A model generated the notes under the pieces. It did no database searches. It was given only the letters and a program-made list of their open reading frames with translations, and was not told the origin of the DNA. A stretch of 59,214 nt of DNA, the filler included, from Jimgerdemannia flammicorona (lineage: Eukaryota), in assembly GCA_003990765.1 (NCBI GenBank). It is 3 parts of 3 records of this genome, joined end to end, with 100 filler letters (N's around TTAATTAATTAA, not from the genome) between each part and the next. Parts side by side here need not be neighbours in the genome. Positions count along the whole stretch, not along the records: positions 39,546 to 59,214 come from RBNJ01001878.1; 2 more parts are not named here. One strand, 5' to 3'. Positions 49,281 to 59,214 of the stretch are shown in pieces (within the stretch, counting starts at the first letter, position 1; every line of letters starts with the position of its first letter). The translations under genes were made by a program, and so were the position numbers.

Positions 49281-50153
49281 ACCAGTAACATTCAGGTGAC
49301 ACAAGACTCAGACAACACTTTCTATAATGTTTTTGGTGATTGATGACTAGCAACATGGATGGCAATGATCGAACTGATGAGTATACTGGCCAGGGGGGAG
49401 GCAGTGTCTTTGGCTGGCAGCAGGTGGGAAGGAGGAGAGATGGTTTGGGAATACCAGAGGCCTCGATGGCTAGCCAGAGCCCTGGTGGTGGAGGGAGGGG
49501 AGGCCTGAGACAGCGAGGAGGGGAGAGGTTGACCTTTGCTGACAAGGTCAAAATGGGGAAGATGGCCTCTGGTCTGAATGGTTGGCTGGGCCTGGGGAAG
49601 GCGTTGACAGCTGCTGCTGGGGGACAGGGAGGAGTGCCCAGGGGAGTGTCTGGTGGTAGAAAAGGAGGGGGAGTAGGGACTGGAGATGTGACTGTTGATG
49701 GGGCTGTAACAGGAGATCTGGCAAAAAATCTAGATGTGATGGCAGTGGCTAATTCAGGATAAGGGGTGGGCGTGAGACCTGGGGACCTGGCAGATGGGGT
49801 GATGGGCATGGTGTCAGCACTGTTACTCAAGAAATCGAGGTCAGAATTTGCTGTCACAATATGTTTCAGAGGCTTGGTGGTGACTGCGAGGATGATCTTA
49901 GGGCTGGTGGCACAGGAGGCAAAAGGAGTGGCCTTGGTGAAGTTTTTGAAAGAGAAAGAAGGAGTCGAAGTGGGGTTTGAGGAAGAAGAGGTATTGCTGG
50001 TAGCCATGGAGAAGGGGGTGACAGTTGGTGGGGTTGTAGTCCCTATGGCCAGGTGTATGTGCTGGGACCCCCGAGTGGTGTAGTTGACAGTGTTGGATCT
50101 TCCTATGGTGTCAAAGGAGAGGGCCAGGGAGTTGATTGTGGAGGTGGTCAAGG
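49281..50153 (+). mobile_element. L1/Tx1-like LINE 5' end (ORF1 from 49343), interrupted by D2
   Basis: YTGQGGGSVFGWQQVG, TFADKVK and WDPRVV motifs shared with the other ORF1s. Confidence 0.82.
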
Positions 50154-50444
50154 TGTAAGCGCACAACCTCCAAGCCACAGAAATCACACGTCACCCTCTG
50201 AACAAGCCACCAAAATCACACGCGACCTCTGAACAAATCTGGAAATCACCTGCATGATCATGAAGATGAGTCAAACTGAAGTCACAGTACACAAAGCTGA
50301 GTCAACATGAAGTCACAGAACACAAGATTCATACAAACAGAATCTTACCAATCAGGACCAAAATGCATATATACTGGGCACCGAGATGCATTGAAACAAA
50401 GAACCAAAACAAACAATAACCACAACTTCTGAACATATACAAAC

Positions 50445-51540
50445 ATGACCACCAAGATCTACAACCACATCCGTGCTGACATTTAGAATGTCATTGTCAA
50501 CCAGGCCACACCCCCTCTGCCCCTCATGAATATCTATAGCCTAGCACTCCTCTACTTCGTGGAAGCCCAATGGAATGCCCTGAACATACTTAGTGAGGCC
50601 TACTGAATCAGACAAATCTCAAGCTACTACCAGATCAGCCGCCTCCTGGAAGATATGGTCGAACACCACCATGATACAGATATTACCCAGATGTTCCAAC
50701 ACCAGAAACTCATTGCCCGCAAACATCGAGAACTCTTCTATGAGTATAGCACTGTTATTCCCCGCCTCCAAGTTATTACTGCTGAAATGTTTGCTACCCT
50801 ATCCTATGGCCAAATCGATGACATGATACAAGAACTTAACCACAAGTATCTCGAGTATGTTGAAACCACAGACAGAACCTTCCCACATCCCAACGACCAT
50901 ATCCTGCAAATGCCTTAAGTTAGATACGCCATGAAGGACGTCTACGATATAATTCAGTTCGACGAAGATGAAGCAGAAGACAATGATCCCTCCGACACTG
51001 ACATGACCTCAACCAAGGATCCCTGCCAACTCTGATCACACCGCCAGCCTTGCTGATGAACTTACAACAGTTCATAACCACCTACGAGACCTACTGGGAC
51101 AATGACCACTGGTACGAATACTAACCCGCATTTACCCCCAATTACTTCAACTACAATGAAGAGACCAGAGAACATAACCTGTACCTCCAGACAACTCTCA
51201 ACATCAAACCAACCACTCCACTACCTGAGTACGAGCAACATGAACCACAGCCACCAGCATACTACAACCCTGTGACTCATAGTGCTATAACCTATAGAAG
51301 GTATGTAGATAGCAAATCTGATGAAAGTAAAGATGATGTATCCCTCCTTCACCCACCAATGCCTTATCCAGCATACAAGACAGATGATGCTATCCTGTGG
51401 GATGGTGATGAAGTTCTAATGTATTATTACCTCAGCGAACAAGGAGAAGTAATCCGTGAACCACTCTTCCTAGACAACTACTTCATCAGAGATGATGTCA
51501 TTGATGGTGATGTCATCGAAGACTCCCAGATAGTGTCTAA
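50445..51540 (+). pseudogene. LTR-encoded accessory protein, D2 5' LTR
   Basis: Colinear with 9055-10152; has stops and small deletions. Confidence 0.78.
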
Positions 51541-53188
51541 ATCTATAAATAGCTTAGCAGTCATAGTATAGATAGATTAGCCTTGTATGACGTGACTGTG
51601 AACTGACTCAGTAGTCAGACAATCTCTTGACATGTCAGATCACACTTATACTATATGACTGCATTCTGACTCAGCAAGGCACTTAGTGCTACATCCATAT
51701 TCAGCATAGCCCAGATAGCCCCTCACTAGTATAAATACCCCCTCCCCCAGACCTCAGAATCTCAGACTTAAAGACTTGAACAATCTGAACATAACTCCTG
51801 AGCACTTTCCCACAATATCCCCTTACACAACTACTCCTAGTATAGCAATATCATGAATAGCGAATAAACCTATTTAATAACCTACAAACCACTCTTAAGT
51901 AAATCTACTCCCTGTTAGGTCCCACTCCTAACCTCATTATGAAATTTCCTAATTGGGTATTGTCTGCAGCAATATGCCAATTCAACTAAGCTGGTCTTAG
52001 TTTCTTGAACTTCCTGAAATATGGAAAATCCTGAACATCCAGAACTAGTCTGAAAAAGGACTTTGGTTGAGACATCAACCCAATCTTGAAATCAATAAGT
52101 GCAGAGGACATACTCCATATGAAATTGATCTTGACCATACGAAAACGGTCTTCCAGAATATCCAGAACTTCCAGAAAACCCCTCCAGAACTACGTAACAG
52201 TTACCCTAAAAAGCAACTCTCTTACAACTTGGTAGTAGCAGTTTACAATTCAATTCCACTTCAAGACACTTCCTCACCCCGCTACAAACCCCTCTGAGAA
52301 TTCCTACAAGTTGGTATAAAGCCCAATCTCTGAACTGGAATTTATTCTGAATCATCTGACAATCTGAAGAGAATTGAACCTGACGTATAAGGATAATTTG
52401 ACCTCCATACCTGCAACAAGTGGGACAAACTTCACTCAAAGAAAGAAGTACTCCGATTAAATCAGCAAATAGGTGAAACCCTATTCACTGAACTCCTTGC
52501 CCTACACCCAGCAAGTTAAGATGAAGAAGGTCTTATAGAAGCCTTCTTTACTCTTCTCAACAAGAGTTTTGTCAGCTCCACAAATCTGAGTGACCTAGGA
52601 CAACTAGCAGCAGTCTTTCTAGCCTTAGTTCTTCATGAAGCCCAAGCCTCTGTAGCCAAGTGGCTTAACTCTACCAACTTTCACCATGCCAGGACCAAGA
52701 CCACATTATACTACCGATTCCAGAACAGTAAGGCCTGCTATATTCTTAAAGAAGAAGCAAGAGAAACTCTTCATCAACTACCTGACCCCGAACCAGAAGC
52801 AGGCCCAGCTACAGCCCTACCTGAACCCGAAACCAATACTGAACCAGAACTTGACTTTGAATTAAGTCCATCCAAAATCAGATATACCACTGATTCAGTC
52901 TACTTTGATGCTGAGCAAACCCAATTACACAGGGACCAAACCGAAGAGGAGGAGGAGTATCTCAGTGAATTTGATCCCGGATACACCACCAAAGGAGACA
53001 CACCTCCATCAGGACAGAATATACCTACACAGCAACAGACAGCTATCTATCGAGCCCTCACTCCAGACCCACAACTACTACTCCAGCAACTTACACAGAC
53101 TCAAAGAACCCCATCACACTCTGCACCAGTACCTCAAGTAGTACTAGTAACACCACTACCAGCAGTCCAACTGCCTCCAGTAAACAAC

Positions 53189-56100
53189 ATGGCAAACCAA
53201 CAGATTCTAGACCTCACAGCCCAGGTAGCCATAATGGCAGCAACCATTACTGCCTTAGCTGAACAGACCCAACCTACCAAAAATCTGAGTCTACCTACCT
53301 TCAATAGTACTATACAAGAAGTCCAAAGCTTCATTAGTGTAGTTGACACCAACTTCTAAGCCAATCAATGGACCAATGAGCGAGTTGCTGACTGACTTCT
53401 GACAAACAATCAAGACCACACCCTGGAACAACTCTTTGCTACCACTACAGCCTATGTCTGCCAAGTTGTTACATTCTTCCGAGGACCCGCCGAAGAATGG
53501 TGGCAAACTCTTCCTGAAAAACCCCTCATATGGGACACCTGACCTGCAGTAGTTGCCCAGAATGCAGCAAATAATGCCCCAGGATATGGAGCCCATCCTG
53601 CAGCCCCCAGACTCAAACAACTCATGATTGCCCAATACTGCAGTGAAACCATGATTGCCAAATCTCAAGTAAAACTCTGCAACCTCAAATTTGATGTATA
53701 TGGCAAAGAAGAATTCGAAACCTTCTGTACAAACTCAAATTACTCCTGAATACTGTTGGCCTAGGATATATTGCCAATGACGAAGCATGAAATGGTATAA
53801 GAGCAGACCACCTATTCAATGCCCTGCCTGAATGGCTTACCAGAAAAATCCAAGAACAAGGCCACCCAGTTGGTTGTGACCACCAACAATGGTGCCTAGC
53901 AAGAATCAAGACCATGGTCAAGCGAATCCTAACAGCTGAACCAATTCTGCCCCGAAGACAATTCAATAACAAGGAAAAGACTTGGACCAAGAAAGAAGAA
54001 CCCAAGCATGAAGCATCTCGAGCTCCCTCCACATCCACCCATAGACATCTAGAAATCACGAACCCATCCAGCCGAGTACCTTCAAGAAACTCACTGAAGG
54101 AGAAAGAAATGAACTTCGAAGAAGTGGAGCATGCTTCTATTACCAAAAGACAGGACATATGGCCAGTGCCTGCCTCAACCAAAAACCCTGAACAGCAACA
54201 CGAGCAACTATTACTACTCTGCACCACCTCAATAACCTGACCACCAGAATACTAGACTTTGTCAAGTTAAGACAAACTGCTAAGGCCCCAACTAAAGGAA
54301 GTCAAAAAGCAGCTGGATATGACCTGTATGCAGCCAAAGAAGCTACAGTTTCCAACCAAGAAGTCAAGCAAGTCTACACAGGAATCAGCATCCAAATCCC
54401 TGAAGGACATGTTGGAAGAATATGCTGTCGCAGCAGCCTAGCATTGAAAGGACTCTCAGTAGAAAGAGGAGTCATTGACGAAGATTACATAGGCGAAATC
54501 ATTGTCCTCATCCAAAACCATAGTTGGATACCCTTCAAGATTCCTATTGGTTTCTGCATTGCCTAGATCCTATTTGAAAAAATCAAGTCAATCCTGACAG
54601 TCAAGGAAGTCTCTGAACTACTGCCTACTATCCAAGGATCCAAAGAATTTGGCTTATCAAACAAGACCCCAGCCCAACCTACCATGAACAAAGAAGAACA
54701 ATTCTACAAGAAAATTGAAGATGGATATGTACCAAGTGGCCGATACCCCCATGGTATTGGAATGTACTCTTCCCGAATAATTGATGATTGCTTCTCTTGT
54801 GTCAATGAACTGGCTCAAAGAAGAACCAACAGAAGGAAAGCTCTTATAACCAAAATTACCACCATTGGATCAGACAAACTGCTTACACTTCAAGCTTTTG
54901 TCAACCAAGCACCTGTCAAGATTATGATAGACAGTAGTGCCTCAGGCAACTTCATCAATGAAGAAATAGCCAACAGACTCAAGGTCTTCACCTCTCCAGT
55001 ACAACAAACTCAAGTAGTTGCCACAGCTGATGGAACCTCACATGTCATTAGCAAGGAAGTCTGCAATCTACCCTTCCAAATTGGTGACTACTGAGTACAT
55101 ATTACCCTCCAAATCATACCACTCCCTGATAATGAAATCATCCTTGGAACCCCATGGTTAAAACAAGAGAACCCTATGATCGATTGGGTAAACCATTCTC
55201 TGACCATCAAGAAAGGATGCCACAACTTCAAATTGCAAGGTGAAAAGGACCCACTCAGCTCTAGCAATCCTGGACCAAAGATCACTCATATCAACAAGCT
55301 ACAACTCAAGAAATTAGCCAAGAAATGCCCTCTCTTTGCCATCTCCATCTGCCCATCCAAAGGAGAACCCGAGAACTCTGAAGAAGACTTTTCCAAAGTT
55401 GACAGCTATGTCAGACCACTACTCCAGAAATTCTGAGACATATTCCCAAAGAAACTTCCGAAAGGCCTACCTCTCAAATGAGCAGTAGACCATACCATCA
55501 AGACTATCCCAGATGCCAAGCCAGCCTTCAAATCAATCTACCACATATCTCCAAGAGAAATTGATGCACTCAAGAAGGAAATCGATGAACTTCTAGAACA
55601 AGGATTCATCAGACCCAGTGTATCACCCTATAGTCACTAGTCCTCTTTATTGTAAGAAAGGAGGAGACCTGCAAATGTGTATTGATTACCGTGACCTCAA
55701 TGAACAGACTATCAAGAACTGTTGCCCACTACCCAGAATCGATGAAATATTTGATAGACTCACCAATCCACAATTCATGAGCTCTTTTAATCTGCGAAAT
55801 GGTTACTGGCAAATTGCCATAAAAGAAGAAGACATCTACAAGACAGTCTTCCGAACTCGCTATGGACATTTCAAATTCCTGGTTATACTCTTTGGCTTAA
55901 CTAATGCTCCAGCAACCTTCCAGACCCTGATGAATACTATCCTGCACTTATACCTGGACAAATTTGTTATTGTCTACATCGATGACATCCTAGTCTTCAG
56001 CAAAACCCTGGAGGAACACCTTGAACACCTTGAACTAGTACTACTGAAACTCCGAGAAAACCGACTCTTTGTAAAACTCAGCAAGTGTGAATTCCTCCTG

Positions 56101-58317
56101 AAAGAAATTTAATTTCTTAGACACATTGTCACACCAAATGGAATCAAAGTGGACCCCAGCAAAATCTCCACAATTAAGGATTGGCCCAGACCCAAGAAGC
56201 TGAAAGACCTCCAGTCATTCCTGGGATTAGTAAACTATTACAGGTGATTTGTTACTAACTTTGCCAAAATCACTACTGCCCTCACTCAAATGACCAAGCA
56301 CAACAAGAAAGGAGAACAGCCCTGGACCATAAAACAAGAGAAAGACTTCAACAATCTTACAAATTGAGGACCTGAACAAGATATAGCCTTTCAAGCACTG
56401 AAAGATGCCCTGATAACTACTCCAGTACTTCAAGCAGCAAACCCTGCCCTACTATATGAAGTCACTACTGATGCCTCTGACCTAGCCCTTAGAGCCATGC
56501 TTATGCAAGAAGGACACTCTGTGGCCTATCATTCCCACAAGTTCAATGATACTGAAATTAACTATGCAACCCACAAGAAGGAAATGCTAGCCATCATAGA
56601 CACTCTGATCAAATGGCAATCATAACTAAAAGGAGCATACTTTACTGTATTGACTGACCACAAGTTATTAGTTAACATTAAGACACAGGCTACCCTTTCT
56701 CGAAAGTAAGCCAGATGGATGAAAGTCCTTACCAACTTTGACTATGAAATCCAGTATCGACCTAGCAAGGAAAATATTGTTGCCAACGCAATCTCCAGAC
56801 CACCAATCAAAGAAGTTATCCAAACTCTCACCTTGGTTACAAATTCGATCATGGAACAAATTTTCACAGTATGTGCCGATGATAAGGAAGCTTAAGCACT
56901 CTGTGAAATTCTGAATAGTGACGATGCTGACAAGGATACTTGGTATCATCAATATCAACTGAAGGACAATGCTATCTACTACAAAGACAGATTGTATGTC
57001 CCAAACAACCGAGACCTCTGAAGGACTATCCTATTTGAATGTCATGATGCACCTACAGCTGGATATTTAGGATTTGACAAATGCTATGAAGTTATCTCCC
57101 GAAACTTCTATTGGCCCTGCATGGCAGATCAACTAAAGACCTACATCACTTCTTGTGATGCCTGCCAATGTAACAAGTCCTCAAAACTAGCAAAACCTGG
57201 CCTACTCCACCCTATCCCAGTACCATCTGCTAATTGGGAACAAATCTCTATGGACTTCATTGTACAACTACTCTGAACTAAGAATGGGAAAGATGCAATT
57301 GTTGTCTTTATAGACTATCTCAGCAAACAAGCCTACTTTGTACCAACTACCACTACTGCAACAGCACCAGACATAGCTACACTCTTGTTTGACAATATCT
57401 TCCGCTATCATGGTCTTCCTAAGATCATTATTAGTGACCAAGATCTGAAATTCACTAGCCATTTTTGGAAAGCCCTCCATGCATACCTTGGAACAAAACT
57501 TGCACTATCCACAGCCTTTCACCCTAAAACTGATGGTCAAACTGAAAGAATGAACTGAACTCTGGAACAAATACTAAGAAACTATGTTTCCTACAGACAA
57601 GATGATTGGCATGAATACCTCACCACAGTCGAGTTTGCTTACAACAACAGCAAGCAAGCCTCCCTTGGAATGACTCCATTCTTTGCCAATACTGGATGAA
57701 ACCCAAACACCCCTCTGACACTTATTCGAACTACTGATGAACCCTCCACAGTTGAAGCTATCGAAGAATTCTTGCTCCGAATGCACAATCTAAGCCAGAT
57801 CGTAATCGAGAACTTATCATAAGCTCAAGAACAACAGTCACAGTATGTTAACCAACACTGCTGAGAAGAAACCTTTGATATTGGAGAAAAAGTTCTACTA
57901 GACATCCGAGGATATCAAGTTGACAACCTCAAGCACAGACCATCTATAAAGCTGAACAGCAAGTTTATTGGACCATTTGAAGTCATTGCACAAGTCTCTC
58001 TGACCTCCTACAAATTGGCGCTACCAGATACCATTAAGATCTACCCAGTCTTCAATGTTCAATGTCTCAAGCGATACAATGAAAATGACGATGAGCTATT
58101 TCCAAACCAAACTACAGAACCACCTGTACCTGTCATTATTAATGACCAGGAAGAATATGAAGTTGAACAAATCCTCAACAAATGTGGACACAAGAACCAC
58201 CCTGAATACCTTATCAAATGGAAAGGTTATCCAATTCATGATGTAATATAGGAACCTAAGACCAATCTCCAGAATGCTACCGACTTAGTTCAGGAATATG
58301 ATTCTCTGAATAACTGA
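53189..58317 (+). pseudogene. D2 gag-pol (dUTPase at ~54255-54660, PR, RT, RH, IN, chromodomain)
   Basis: Colinear with 11799-16931; AAGYDL, IDSSASGNF, YIDD, YLIKWKGYP. Confidence 0.92.
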
Positions 58318-59018
58318 AACCCGAATACTCCAACACCTATCAGTACATACCATATATCACCTTCCGAATAGTATAATTATCACAAACCAAATCAAGAACT
58401 CAGCAAGTTAAGACAAAAGAATACTGACCTCCTAGAAAAATAGCAAAACTGAAAGTAAGCCTATTCTCCCCGTACCACTGGTGGGAAACAAGGTGTAGAC
58501 ATTTAAGAAGATCCCTTAGAGGAAATTCTCTAGCAGTGAATGACGTCAGAATCACTTCTGGCATATGGCATTGAACACACGACTCTTTAATGTATGAATC
58601 CAATGTATTAGGCAACTATACTATGAGTATGCCACTTTCTGAAAAAATAGACTTTACTAGACTTTTGATCTCCCAAATAGTGTAACAATACTAGAACAAA
58701 ATTAGAAGGCCCCGATGAGGACGTCGAAAGCTAAGAAGGGGAGAGTTGTAAGCACACAACCTCTAAGCTACAGAAATCACATGTCACCCTTTGAACAAGC
58801 CACCAAAATCACACACGACCTCTGAACAAATCTGGAAATTACCTGCATGATCATGAAGATGAGTCAAACTGAAGTCACAGTATACAAAGCTGAGTTAATA
58901 TGAAGTTATGAAACACAAGATTCACACAAACAGAATCTTACCAATCAGGACCAAAATACATATATACTGGGCACCGAGACATGTCGAAACAAAGAACCAA
59001 AACAAACAACAACCACAA

Positions 59019-59214
59019 AGCGGGTCATTGGCTATTCATATTTGAGGAGGGGCAGCAGTTGGGGTTGCGTGAGAAGGTGTTAAGGTGGGAGGAGCTGGTG
59101 GGGGATCTGCTGACTGGATGGTGGGTGGGTTGGGGACCTCAGGGGGGCAGACGTCGAGGTTTAGTGATGAAGATATGTGAGCAGAGTGGTGGGAGGGTGG
59201 GGATTGTGTTCGAC
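59019..59214 (+). mobile_element. 5'-truncated LINE (ORF2 C-terminus) inserted in the D2 3' LTR
   Basis: GHWLFIFEEGQQLG...LRWEELVGDLLTGWWVGWG...ICEQSGGRVGIVFD matches the minus-strand translation of 24047-24240. Confidence 0.85.

Larger units (their letters stand above)
50154..59018 (+). mobile_element. Family D copy 2
   Basis: Colinear with 8767-17628; LTR starts TGTAAG at 50154 and 58747; PPT at 58733-58745; 3' LTR interrupted at ~59019. Confidence 0.93.

Overview
Eukaryotic, most likely fungal, TE-saturated DNA with no recognisable host gene; the lineage cannot be fixed from sequence alone. Three contigs are joined by artificial 100-nt spacers (N44-TTAATTAATTAA-N44 at 19676-19775 and 39446-39545). 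The window holds nested, C>T/G>A-decayed elements. There are four Ty3/Gypsy families (my labels): A at 1024-7741; C at 39546-44045 with LTRs at 8013-8766 and 44123-45659; chromodomain family D twice, at 8767-19113 and 50154-59018; and chromodomain family E at 19787-31465. There are also several L1/Tx1-like LINEs, a poly(A) SINE-like element and a 6.1-kb hAT transposon with a cargo gene. Main observation: families A, C and D carry the same unannotated accessory protein. It sits as a third ORF after integrase in A, and entirely inside the 1.5-2-kb LTRs in C and D, behind a TATA-like box of its own and retained in a solo LTR. All four Gypsy families encode a dUTPase, in two different positions, and three share a small CxH...CxxC module beside it. 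Alignments were made by eye, and boundaries marked approximate are estimates.
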